A DNA stretch of 63,162 nucleotides, the filler included, from Craspedostauros australis (taxonomy: Eukaryota), in NCBI GenBank assembly GCA_030167865.1. It is 11 parts of 11 records of this genome, joined end to end, with 100 filler letters (N's around TTAATTAATTAA, not from the genome) between each part and the next. Parts side by side here need not be neighbours in the genome. Positions count along the whole stretch, not along the records: positions 8,322 to 21,214 come from JALAGF010006532.1; positions 21,315 to 33,180 come from JALAGF010006533.1; 9 more parts are not named here. One strand, 5' to 3'. The position numbers and the translations under genes are program-made. Each line of letters starts with the position of its first letter. The first letter of the stretch is position 1. This document shows positions 12,139-23,618 of this stretch, in pieces. The notes beneath the pieces were generated by a model. That model had not been told where the DNA came from. It searched no databases and was given only the letters and a program-made list of their open reading frames with translations.

Positions 12139-12957
12139 TGTCAGGAATCGGGTGTTCTGAAACCCCATATTGCCGCACCTCCCAAGAGTAAGGAGCCGAA
12201 CGTTGTGATATTCTACATAACCGCAACTCCCACGTTTGATCATTGCGACACAGAAAAATGTGAGCTGCACGTAACTCGCAGTGGAGAACGCCACGTGCCG
12301 AATGCGAACCATGCCTTGACGTTCATGACTCCAATGCAGGAATGCGAATCACACGTGTATGTCGCAGGGGGCAGGGATGTTGGAATCGTGACCAACATCA
12401 CGATACGAGCGACTACGGCCCCCATGTCGCAACCAATGAGAAAAGAGTACTGGTGGAAGGCTGATGTCACGAAGTGTGAGATGGCCTGTGAACGAACCTG
12501 AGATGAGGAACATCCAGGAAGCCGGTGAAGTGATCGGCAAAGAAACCAGCAGAAACGACAGGAGAAGCATCGGAGATGATCGGAGATGTGAGATGACCGA
12601 GGAGCTGAATGAGCTCCCAACCAAGGTGTTCCCATTACAAATGGGAGACCGTGATCTGATCGAATGAACCAATCTGTGTGATGCCTACGACTTGGCGATG
12701 TCTAAGGCATCGAAACTATCAGCGGAGGACAACGTGCTTGAGTGCACGAACATGGGGTACTCGGTGGTGCATGCATGTCCATGGTGAAATTGTGATGAAT
12801 GCAAGATGGATGCCTGCTAGACCAACAGAGGGACCCATGGAGATCTCAGGAGGAGATTGGACTTGCAATTGAGAGCAATGAAGAGCTCACAGTTCAGAGA
12901 AGTAGATTCTAACAAACGATTAGTTCTCTGCTATCACACCACCCCGGATTTCCAACA
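12139..12957 (-). mobile_element. 819-bp TG...CA element with a 6-bp TSD (CAGATG)
   Basis: CAGATG at 12133-12138 and 12958-12963. Excision restores the transposase frame (GHKHL-HGVKFQG). Confidence 0.9.
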
Positions 12958-13732
12958 CAGATGTTTGTGCCCAGATTATGCCAGCTCTTGGTTATAGGTT
13001 GGTTGGCACGTCGCAGAGAACGTCCCGTCGACGATTCCGATGACATTGTTGACCAATTGTTTTGTGAGCTGACTGACATTGTCTGCGTACTGTCGAAAGC
13101 GAGGGTGGAACAGCCTAATGTCACTCAGGTATGGAGCCGCGATTTCATAGAAGTATAGAAAGAAGGTGGAACAGATACAAGAAAGCCTGTTGACATCCAT
13201 GTCGAAGCGATCCTCCATGTCAATCAATTGATCTCGATGAGCCAATCGATATAACATGATCAGAACACTGACTTCGAAGGACACAGCCAAGCGATTCTTC
13301 ACCTGTATAGATCTGGGATCGGCCTCACCAGACACAGCGCTGAATTCAGGCCAAAGCGCGGCGAGGACTCGACGCAGGTGGTCCTTCCGAAAATTGAAGT
13401 GTTTCAGAGCATCCCCTCTCCAGCAGCCGACGAAATGTGACGCCACGATTGCTATGAATCCAGGGAGGATCCAGTGGAAGAAGATATTGACGCTGTAGTC
13501 GCAGCGTGTGCACACCAAGGGCAAATACATCGCGGAAGTACAGAAGGAGATCCTCCATGTCGTCGTCGTCGTCGTCAAGATCGTCTATTGGAAGCTGAGC
13601 TAGCCATGTAGCGGCACGCACGAATCTGGCCCTTGCCTCTGCGCAGGCCTCGCGCTCGGGCAAGCAATTCCACACGCGTCGAGACATCTTTCGGAGAAGT
13701 CTATAGTTGGAACACACGCGAGGCAAGTGCTG

Positions 13733-14737
13733 CATATCCGTAAGGAAAATTGTGTGCGGTGTTCTCGTAAGTGGACTCACCGATCCACTTATTTTGCCAC
13801 CTTCGCAGTAAGTGGACTCACCAATCCAGTTACGTAAGTGGACTCACCAATCCACTTACGAGCACAAAATGTGTTGGAAATCCGGGGTTATAGTTAGTAC
13901 TAAGTTCTAATCTGCTGTTAGAAACTGTACTGTTTTAGAACTGTGAGCACAATCTCACTTTCTCTTCCGATTTCGTTTTCTTGACAGGCATCTGTCGCGG
14001 TAACGACACGGGGCATCCTGTTGTCTCTTAGGTGCTTCCCTCTTTGTTCATCATGCTCTGTTCTTGCTTCCCTGTCTCTGCTTCGTCGTAGCTGTCTACG
14101 CTTGTATGGTAGGGATCTGCAGTCTTGAGCGCTTGCCTATCTCATGTTTCCGTCGTTGATTCTCACGACACCGTCGTCTCATGATCGATGTCATCTTTGG
14201 TGATGTTCCAAACCTGCGGATATTCTGATCCTTTCTGATGTTCCAAACCTGCNNNNNNNNNNNNNNNNNNNNNNNNNNNNNNNNNNNNNNNNNNNNNNNN
14301 NNNNNNNNNNNNNNNNNNNNNNNNNNNNNNNNNNNNNNNNNNNNNNNNNNNNNNNNNNNNNNNNNNNNNNNNNNNNNNNNNNNNNNNNNNNNNNNNNNNN
14401 NNNNNNNNNNNNNNNNNNNNNNNNNNNNNNNNNNNNNNNNNNNNNNNNNNNNNNNNNNNNNNNNNNNNNNNNNNNNNNGTCATAATGACATGGTATACAA
14501 AGGTGTGACGAATAGTCTCTGAACATGTGATGAATAATATTCAAAGCTGTGACGAACAATGTTGGGAGGTGCGGCAATTATGGGTATTCCGATAAAGTCG
14601 TACCCTCAATTCCTAACAAAAATGACTCGTCAGATTACCCCCTCTCTGAGATTGGAATAGTTCGACTAGCCCAACATCCATCTTTTCACCGATTCCTCGT
14701 GATGTTTTACACACTGCGTGTTTTGTCGTGTTATTCT
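13733..14737 (+). repeat. Left arm of a long inverted repeat, interrupted by 13872-14618, with palindromic GTAAGTGGACTCACCAATCCACTTAC units
   Basis: 13733-13871 plus 14625-14737 is the reverse complement of about 18222-18484. Confidence 0.8.
13872..14618 (+). mobile_element. TGTTGG...CCTAACA element with a 6-bp TSD (AAAATG); contains an N gap
   Basis: AAAATG at 13866-13871 and 14619-14624; same terminal motifs as the other family members. Confidence 0.88.
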
Positions 14738-15175
14738 TACGACATAAACAGTCCCGACGTTGCAGCTTCTCCTTCCAATGCGTTGAAACCTTTGTTGTAT
14801 TGGCGGTGTGTACTACGTCTGGTGCTAGCGTTATAGAGGATATTGCACATACATGTACTGTGGCAGAAGCCTGGGGTTACACGCAATACTATTAGTTCAT
14901 CTATCTCACTCTTTTCCGCCCATTTCGACTGTGCAAGTACAGCAATTCTGTTCTGCTGTTCAGCCTTGCCTCGGCTGCCGACCTATGCACAGATCATATT
15001 GTTTGNNNNNNNNNNNNNNNNNNNNNNNNNNNNNNNNNNNNNNNNNNNNNNNNNNNNNNNNNNNNNNNNNNNNNNNNNNNGTCATCAAATTCGTCCTCAT
15101 CTTCCTCTCGTTGAAGAGCTTCCATTGCTTCTGACGCGCTCATTGTCTCTCCTCTACTACATCCAGGGCTAGCGT

Positions 15176-17864
15176 TCATGACCTACTCTTCGATGGTTGC
15201 TGCTTCTTCTCCTCTGAATTATTTCTCCTCTTATCTCCGATCGGTTCTTGATAAGTGTGTGTCAGGCTTGCTTCCGCATGTTGCTGCTTGCCTCTGATAG
15301 TTTCTTCGATTGCAGGTGCTTTGCTGTCCGTGCCTGCAGTTGCTCCTGCTGTTTTTTCTCCACTGCCATTTGCTTCTCCACCTTTGGCAGGTACAGTCTC
15401 CACAGCATTCGGCACTGCTGCTGCTAACTTCTCTCTTCCAAGCTGCGCTTGTACCTTGTCTGCCCACCCTGCTTCATCTTGGTGAGCAATTTTGGTGGCA
15501 AGAGTTTTGTATGATCACCACATCCTCTCCTTTTGCGACTTTCTTCAAAGCCACAGTGGGTGCGATGCCACATTTCTTCAGCCACTCCTGTCTCTCCCGC
15601 TTCATGAAGCCACAAGCATGAATGTAGCACCCAGGGCAAATCCATCTCATCCTGGCTGAACATACAATGCAGGTTCCTCTTGTGTTCGGGTTGTACCATG
15701 GTAGGTGCTCTCCCTCTTGTAGTTGTTTTGTCAGCTTCGCCTCCTCCTCCGAACGCAGGGAGGAAGACAAGCATACGAGGGGAATAAATTGCGCAAGCAT
15801 TGTATTGGTTGGCATGGGGACAAAGTATGGCATGGTTGTAGTAATCGCGATTCGAAGGAAGGAGCAGGTAGGAATAGCAGTTCTGAGTGACGCAAACACA
15901 CTCACCAATCACCAAAACACTCCCTTTCACACCATATATAAATGTGATGTGAAACCTGCAGCATCTCTTCATCTGCTTTGATCAATGCTCGATATGAAGG
16001 GCTGCGCGACTCCAAGAATATGTGGATGGTGCTTGGGATGCCATGGACCCAGTGTGACTTTGTCTGATGCGCCTCTTCCTCCCTTTGCGTTTTGGCTGTT
16101 GTCCTTGTTTTCATTTCCACGATAACAGCTTCGTCTGTTGCATCGCCTATGGGGTCTCCAGCAATACCGATGAAGTTGGCAGATGTGCGAGTGTAGCCTT
16201 TGCCGCCCTTCTTCACCAGGCCCACTCTAAATGCTGCACTGAATTGGCTGCTTCCTCCAAGCATGCCCTGGTAGTCCATTGTCACTTGCATCAGCGGCTC
16301 CTCATTCATGTAGCCGAGTCTGGCATACCTGTTCGCCCGACCTTTCTGTGGTGTCATGAACCATGGCATCAGCGCTGTTTTGGCATGTTTTTTCAGGCTC
16401 TTCAGGTCCTGGAAGTCTGCGGAGCAATGGACCTCTGCCACGTCCAGATTTGCATCGTCTGCTGTCATGGTCATTGACCCGGCCACCAGAGGGTCACTGG
16501 CTGCGGCTGGTGTCGCTGATGGTGCAGTAGCTTGTGTAGATTGGTTCGTTTCGATGATGCTGGTGTGGGATTGATTGTTGGTGGAATACTCCTCCTCTGC
16601 TCCCACCTTGTCAGTCTGCGATGCTTGCTCATCGTCTTCCAATGCAACCGGATTCATAGATCTGAACTCTGCATTTGCGGAGTGCGATCGACATGTCTGA
16701 GAGCTGCCATGCCAAGACGAGGCAGAGATCCAAGACCTAAGATCAGGTTGATCAACTGGGTATTGAAATGGATGGGTTGGGGAACCACAACAATCTGTGG
16801 TGGTACAGCTGAGTTGATGAACCTCATCAAGAAGCAATTCGTATATGTACCAACAGGCATTCCCCACCGAAACTGGGAACTCTTCATTGTCGGGATCAAG
16901 AAGGAGCCAACGAGGATCCATGCTTGCCAGCCGTTCTGCATCTGATTGGTTGTACTCTTTGCATGGGGTGCTTGTGTTTGTTGTGGATGCAGCATCACCC
17001 GCAGTAGTTGCGCTGAAATTCTTGGTAGAGGCATTGGCGGTTGGCGTTGTCATGGATGGAAGAAGCTTTCCTCATGATCCACCCTTGGCAATGTAGGAAT
17101 CACCACTTCGATCAACATCAGCATCAATGTTATCAGCGCTGATGGCGTTGGATTCCAACACGCTATGAATGTCCTCGTCGCTTTCAGCCATCAGGAGAAC
17201 GAAGTACTCGATCACTGTCAAAGGTGTCGTCAACGTAGTTGGGGTCGAGGTGGTTGTCGTCGCTGTCATCATCAGTCCGATCAACACTCCGTTTCATGAG
17301 GGATAAAAGGGATGTTGAAGCACGTATGATGCAGCAGAGCGATACAGAGTGTAGAAGGCAGCAATGGTTCGTAGGTATGCAGATGACAGTGTGGAACAAG
17401 GATCGGAAGGGGTTCAGATGGAATGAACATCGGAACGGATGCAGATGGAGAAAGATGAAATCCAACGGGTGTGTAGAAGAGACTGACAGGCAATGCGAAA
17501 GGGAGATTGCGAGGCGACCGATGAAGCTGCGGAGCGCAGTCTTGGTTTTGCTGGTTGGCAACAGCTGGATCAAGCCATGGCCCATCGCGGAGGCGAGTCT
17601 GGTGTGGTGACAGAGGATGACGCCCGGAAAGCCTGGCTGCGATTTGGTTGGGCGGTACAAGACAAAGGTCTGTTTCATGGAAGTGCGCAGAGCGGTGGAA
17701 GGTCTGGGCTGGAGGGTGGCATTGAGCGGTCTGATGGCGCAGGGCAGGCAATGGGGGATGAGCGTGTGGGTGACTACAGGACTGGACAGAATCGGATTGG
17801 ACAGGAGGCCAGGAGTCCAGACGGCGACACCCACGTCCGCACATGGGCTATGGGGGTGACTCAC
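15176..17864 (-). pseudogene. Decayed TE-associated ORF with a YqaJ/lambda-exonuclease-like domain (best part 15902-17053)
   Basis: The spacing G..NE / GLV / TSAN(D)FI / VEMKT / Q.SHH fits a PD-(D/E)xK YqaJ-like core. The surrounding sequence is broken by stops and frameshifts; limits are approximate. Confidence 0.5.
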
Positions 17865-17899
17865 TGCGGGTCAGCTGGGGGTGCGTGCATCGTGGCCTG

Positions 17900-18187
17900 G
17901 TGATGGTGCTCCAGGATACAAGGGACACCTCCAGCACCCTGTGTGGGGCTACACAATCCCCCAGGTTGCGCAGTGTACAGGCACCTGGGTCTGTGGCTGT
18001 TAAAACGCGNNNNNNNNNNNNNNNNNNNNNNNNNNNNNNNNNNNNNNNNNNNNNNNNNNNNNNNNNNNNNNNTGGTGCAGCCAGGCATGTGCGGGCGAGG
18101 CTAAAGCCCTCAGGCACTCCCTATTATGGGTTTAATTGTTGTGGGTTATTGTTATTTTTATTTTTATTATAATAATATTATATTAAT
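17900..18187 (+). mobile_element. Probable 3' end of a LINE/SINE-like element with an AT-rich tail
   Basis: GGCGAGGCTAAAGCC followed by a TTA-rich tail resembles GGCGAGGGTAAAGCC...(TTA)n at 55234-55293. The 5' limit is uncertain. Confidence 0.45.
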
Positions 18188-18221
18188 ACGAGAGGGAAAT
18201 GCACCATGTGTTGTTGGGTTG

Positions 18222-18484
18222 GAAGAATAACGCAACAAAACACGCAGTGTGTAAAACATCACGAGGAATCGGTGAAAAGATGGATGTTGGGCGAGTCGAA
18301 CTATTCCAATCTCAGAGAGNNNNNNNNNNNNNNNNNNNNNNNGTGCTCGTAAGTGGATTGGTGAGTCCACTTACGTAACTGGATCGGTGAGTCCACTTAC
18401 GAAGCAACAAAAATGCCAAGTGGATTGGTGAGTCCACTTAGCGCTAAACGGACTCACGAGTCCTTTTATTTTCCTCACGGATAT
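18222..18484 (-). repeat. Right arm of the long inverted repeat
   Basis: Reverse complement of 13733-13871 plus 14625-14737, including three AAGTGGATTGGTGAGTCCACTT-type units. Confidence 0.8.
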
Positions 18485-18980
18485 GACCAACATGGAAGAG
18501 ACACTGAAACAGAAGAGGAGGCAAAGATACGAACAAGCACGAACATGCATGTCGAAGTGTTGGACATCCATTTTTGTTCACTGTGGACGGAAACGACAAG
18601 TGGAGAGGAACGAACTTCCTCTTCTGAGAATCTCGCGCCAAGGAACGCTACTGTAAACCATGGATAAGGCTAGACGGTTTTGATGACGCCATGGTCCGAT
18701 TACTCTAATTTATAACAGTCCCTCCAAGATTCAACGTCACTGCGAAGCTTTGGGGAAGCTTCCCAATCCGTGTCACATCGACAGAGTCAGGGGATGGCTT
18801 AAAGTTACAAGCGAGAACTCTCTCATGTCATCCGAAATCTGTGAAAAACGGTTCTTGCGACGCGACACAAATTTGACACAACGGAATTTCGACCAAAATT
18901 TCCGTTTCGAACGGAAAAAGTGAGAAATGTGAGGATTTCTGATTGGTCGACAGGTGTCACTACTGTTAGAGATATAGCGA

Positions 18981-19464
18981 TGTGCTGATAATTTCACAGC
19001 ATGCCGCGCATGGGCCGATCGTCTCTTGTCACCTTGCATGACCATTGTGTCACATGCCGTTGTTATGATTGATTGGCTTGGATTCTCTTTCTGAGGTGTT
19101 CTTATTGGCAGTACAAGCATACAACTAGTCTTGTCCATCAGAAGCACATGGTGTGTCCCCATATTGGTTTCTGTTTCTCCAGGTGGGATACAACTCCTAC
19201 CCACTGCCCCAGTGACCTTTCTGGTCAGACCTCACTGACTAGGTGGATGTTTTGTCGGTTTGGGTCAGGACACTGTTTTGCATTGTCATGGTTCTCACAT
19301 CAGAGGAGGACAGGATGTCTTTCTTGGTATGACTGAGAGCAGTCACATTGGGTTGGGTCAAGGGTGTGATCAACAAGAGTCGATTTATTCAGTCGTGATT
19401 GACCATATTGGGAGGTGCGTCAATCATGGGTATTTTGATAAAGTCGTACTATCGATTCCTGACA
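18981..19464 (+). mobile_element. Older member of the TG...CCTGACA family
   Basis: Its 3' 55 bp match 14563-14618. The flanks TAGCGA and CAGCGG could be a decayed 6-bp TSD. The 5' end is tentative. Confidence 0.5.
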
Positions 19465-19921
19465 CAGCGGCACTTTCATCAAAATTCCGCGAACGGGAGA
19501 AGGTACGTGGTGAGTTCATCGCAAACGCAAGAAATTCTGTTCGTTGTCAACCCAATCGTGGAACAACGGATTGGCGGACAGACTTCTTTATCCACGAACA
19601 ACAACGCGTCACGCAGGAAATGTGGTTTCCGTCTGTCGTGTGCTGCGTCATGTCGCGCCAAGACCGTGTCTGTGACTTTCCGCGAAATCTGTTGGCGGAA
19701 ACACACACATCAGCAAGATTGCAACCATCACAATGATGATGATGGACCGTGGCGCATGTATTTTCTGCTCTGCTCCGCGAGTACTCACACCGCACTGATT
19801 GATTGTATGGTAACCATGCACCACTATTATGTTTTATCATATGCATCGAGCATTCTACGTACTCTTCATGGATGGGAGACGTCGGACAACGTCATCGCCG
19901 GATGCGATGTGAGCATCAGCA

Positions 19922-21214
19922 TCAAGCCAAATTCGCCATCATCCACTCCTCCTCGATCTCGTCAATCTCGTCAATCTCCTCGTTGAACTCCGCCTCCAGC
20001 TCATCCTCGGCCAAATCGCTGTCCCACGCCGACTGTCCTCTCAAACGGCGCGAGGGGCATTTGCTTGGACGGAAACGAAGCTCGGCGATGCATCCGGAAC
20101 CGGTGTATGACACGCTGGTCTTGTAGATGTTCGAGTGATTGAGCCACAGGTCGGTGAGGCCGTTGTGGCCGCCCTTGTCCGCATACCTGGTGAGGGACTG
20201 GTCGGGGCTGCTGTGGCGCGGGTGGTAGAACTGCATCTTTGGGCGGCTCTCATCGGCGTCGACGTCCAGGAATCGACTCATCTCTATCTTCACGGCTCCG
20301 TGCATGGACGATCTGAAGAAGAAATAGATGCATCCTCCTGGCTTGCCAATGTCGTCAGGGCACGTCTTCTTGTCCTCCTGGATGACGAGGACCTTGCCGA
20401 TGGGGGTAGCGGGGCAGTTGGCGAACTTGTTCACGCCTCCGTTGCGTTTCAATGGCGCACCATCGCGACCGACACCAGGACCTGGATTTGGGCAGCCGTC
20501 GTTGGGGCTTCCGAGATCTGGGTCGCCGTCGTCGCCGCTTCTCCTTGGGTCACACATGGGGTTGTTGTACAATGCATACTTTGAGTCTGATGTTCTGTAC
20601 CCAGTCGGTTTGGAGGTGTCGAAGACACGGGCGGCTCCGTAGCGCTGGTCGCTTCTCCAGTTGCGGCACTGCAATGGGTAATTGGGATTGAAGCTGCAGT
20701 AGCAACCAAGCTCACCAGTTTTGCAATTGGATGGGGGTCTGGGTGTGTACGCCCTGGAAGACGAGCTGGCGGCGATGATCTTCACACCCTTCGTGTTCCA
20801 CCATTCGTCGTAGATGAAGCCACCATCTGGAAGGTCGTTGAAGTCGAGGGTGATCAGCGGGCACACGCCGGGTGGGAGCGTGCAGTCTGGCTTGCATCGA
20901 GTGCCGGAGTAGTCATTGCGAGTTCCTTCGTCGCATTCCTCGCCGGGATCGACGATGCCATTACCGCATGTGTTTGGAACGGGGATTTCGCAATTGTTGG
21001 TGCAGTTGTCGTTGTTGTTGTTGTTGCCATCGTCACACTCTTCTCCGTTCTGGACGATACCATCACCGCATTTGGGAAGCTTGCAGCCGTTGGTGCAGCC
21101 ATCAGTGTTGCTGTTGTTACCATCATCACACTCTTCGCCGGCCTGCATGAAACCGTCACCACACTTGGCGTTCTTGCAGTTGTTGGTGCAGGAATCAGTG
21201 TTGCTGTTGTTGCC
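19922..21214 (-). CDS. Myxococcus-type Cys-rich repeat (DUF4215-like) extracellular protein, 5' end lost at the scaffold edge
   Basis: Repeated CGDG/CGNG...GEECDDGN...D.CTN.C modules followed by a roughly 300-aa Cys-containing domain; the frame is open up to the gap. Confidence 0.85.
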   Translation of the reverse strand, partial: GNNSNTDSCTNNCKNAKCGDGFMQAGEECDDGNNSNTDGCTNGCKLPKCGDGIVQNGEECDDGNNNNNDNCTNNCEIPVPNTCGNGIVDPGEECDEGTRNDYSGTRCKPDCTLPPGVCPLITLDFNDLPDGGFIYDEWWNTKGVKIIAASSSSRAYTPRPPSNCKTGELGCYCSFNPNYPLQCRNWRSDQRYGAARVFDTSKPTGYRTSDSKYALYNNPMCDPRRSGDDGDPDLGSPNDGCPNPGPGVGRDGAPLKRNGGVNKFANCPATPIGKVLVIQEDKKTCPDDIGKPGGCIYFFFRSSMHGAVKIEMSRFLDVDADESRPKMQFYHPRHSSPDQSLTRYADKGGHNGLTDLWLNHSNIYKTSVSYTGSGCIAELRFRPSKCPSRRLRGQSAWDSDLAEDELEAEFNEEIDEIDEIEEEWMMANLA

Positions 21215-21404
21215 NNNNNNNNNNNNNNNNNNNNNNNNNNNNNNNNNNNNNNNNNNNNTTAATTAATTAANNNNNNNNNNNNNNNNNNNNNNNNNNNNNN
21301 NNNNNNNNNNNNNNCCATTATGAACACAAGATACCTTTCGAACAGGGGGTGACCAGGACCGAAACGATCGTATAACGTCAATCGAAAAAATTATGAAACC
21401 CTGG

Positions 21405-21448
21405 AGTTGAGTTATGAACGCCCCAAAAAGACCGTTCATAACTCAACT
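21405..21448. repeat. Perfect 16-bp inverted repeat with a 12-nt spacer
   Basis: AGTTGAGTTATGAACG at 21405-21420 and CGTTCATAACTCAACT at 21433-21448. Confidence 0.9.
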
Positions 21449-21738
21449 ATCGCTTTTCGTCGAGATCTCATCTCGTGCCTTCCTCTCAAATCCCTCCTCC
21501 AACGGCAATTTGGGAGTTTTTTGTGATTTCCTCCCTCGCACGCGTTGGCATCAGTTTTCATAACCTCTGTTGTGCATGTATCGTCGTGCTACCCTCTACT
21601 TCCTCCCTTGTTTCTACCATCGACATGTGCTATTTGTCCATCTTTCATGCACACTGTGCCCTTCCATCATATAGCTTGTTCCAAGAGTTGTAGTATGATT
21701 AGCGTTACCTTTTATAGTATTGTCATCTGCTTTATCAC

Positions 21739-23000
21739 AATGGATTGTTCCTCTTTCCTCCAACGCCGCCACAAGGTAGCCACCTCTACCATCCTCATCA
21801 TCATCACTGAGCAACTCACGACACGTGCGACTGTCCACCACTCCTTCTCCAGTTGCCCAGCTTCTGTGCACAGCACTCGTCCGCGTCTCCACAGGTGGCA
21901 TCCCCCCTTCCGGCATCCGTGATTCGCCCACCAAAGATATTCAGCTACAGCAGGCAGCAGTAGGATGGAAGGCCATAGTATGGGGCGGATGGGCCTCCCT
22001 TTGGCGTGAGCATGCGTCTCCCATGGGCTAGCAAGCGCACCAATGAGCACCCTGCATTCTATGTGGCTGACAGGCCAGTGTTACTAATCTACTCTGGCAC
22101 ACAGCCCTGGAGCAATGGCAAGATCGCAACTCAGCAAAGGCAGATCAGATGGCTGATGACATGATTGCGCTCCTCCAGGAGCAGGCCCTACAGCTCCAAG
22201 CACTACCACCTGCGGACGTCCCAGCGGTGCTCCGAACCCTTTGGGAGCGCCCCCCCCCCCCCNNNNNNNNNNNNNNNNNNNNNNNNNNNNNNNNNNNNNN
22301 NNNNNNNNNNNNNNNNNNNNNNNNNNNNNNNNNNNNNNNNNNNNNNNNNNNNNNNNNNNNNNNNNNNNNNNNNNNNNNNNNNNNNNNNNNNNNNNNNNNN
22401 NNNNNNNNNNNNNNNNNNNNNNNNNNNNNNNNNNNNNNNNNNNNNNNNNNNNNNNNNNNNNNNNNNNNNNNNNNNNNNNNNNNNNNNNNNNNNNNNNNNN
22501 NNNNNNNNNNNNNNNNNNNNNNNNNNNNNNNNNNNNNNNNNNNNNNNNNNNNNNNNNNNNNNNNNNNNNNNNNNNNNNNNNNNNNNNNNNNNNNNNNNNN
22601 NNNNNNNNNNNNNNNNNNNNNNNNNNNNNNNNNNNNNNNNNNNNNNNNNNNNNNNNNNNNNNNNNNNNNNNNNNNNNNNNNNNNNNNNNNNNNNNNNNCC
22701 ACAGTGGCTTGCCAACTGCTTTGCGCAGAGGCCACTACTAGAGCTTGGGATTTTCTCTTGTGACACTAGTACCTTCTGGCAAAACATTCTCAAACATGGT
22801 GATGCTATGGAGTTCTACAACTTCGTTGGTATCACCAGAGAGTCCTTCATCCAACTCGCCGCTGTCTTGAAGCCATCCATCTAGGCTCTTCCTGTCAATC
22901 AACTATCTGTGACCCCATGTTGATGTGATCTGGCACGTTGCAGATTCACGCATATTGATGTGACTGCAATTGTTTTGAAGTATCTCCAACGCATCCGCAC
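21739..23000 (+). pseudogene. Possible decayed N-terminal part of a Harbinger-like transposase
   Basis: FWQNILKHGDAMEFYNFVGITRESFIQL resembles the F..F.G.TR..F..L helix of Harbinger transposases. No catalytic motifs are visible and there is a large N gap. Confidence 0.35.
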
Positions 23001-23444
23001 TATGCATATTCAGGACGAAGACCAATAATGCATGGAAGATGCAGTGCATAGACTATCAAAAGACACCCTGGCAAATGGGGCACGCCAGCAAGTTGGAAGC
23101 ATATGAAGGAACATCCGAAGCAGTTAGGCAAGTATATCAAGAATTGGAGGCTGTACAAGCGTAACGAGCAGGATTGCGCAAAAGGAGCAAGATCCAGATC
23201 GAAACGTGGATGGGATACACGATTCATAACGATCCATTGAGTCGATACGCTTAACGGGACTAAGGTCGTGACTCGGGATAGGGGCGCGCCAGCCTCGCCA
23301 GTTATGAAATTATGAGCCACGCAAACACCTCCAATTCCGGACATGCGCGAGTCACAAGATGTGGGACGAAAGCGACGCACAAGATCTGTGGACTGTCCGG
23401 CGCTGCCACAATTCATCACGACGAGGTTTCGTCCCCTTCTTGGC

Positions 23445-23618
23445 AAACCGGGATACGTATGAAACCGTTGAAACGGCGTTACACGATAGCCGCTACTACC
23501 AATCATGGACGACACAGCAATGCGACAACAGCACTGACGCATACGACATCGATAAGACTCATAATCTGCATCTTCACTCTTTTTCACTCTAAATCGGTTT
23601 CACGTGTGTCGTAACTTG
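23445..23618 (+). repeat. 5' LTR (174 bp)
   Basis: Direct repeat of 30356-30529; I see two transition differences. Confidence 0.93.

Larger units (their letters stand above)
11011..13687 (-). pseudogene. PIF/Harbinger-type (DDE_Tnp_4-like) transposase, frameshifted and split by two insertions
   Basis: Motifs occur in the expected order: VIGIVDGT, (Y>*)SGHKHLHGVKFQG, GARHD, DPAY, NKDMSSARICVEWEF and FFTNLRCALNGN. Confidence 0.85.

Noticed and set aside
13767..13860. Palindromic 26-bp repeats as a mini-CRISPR
   Set aside because: Only three units, two of them abutting, and they recur as part of a long inverted repeat.
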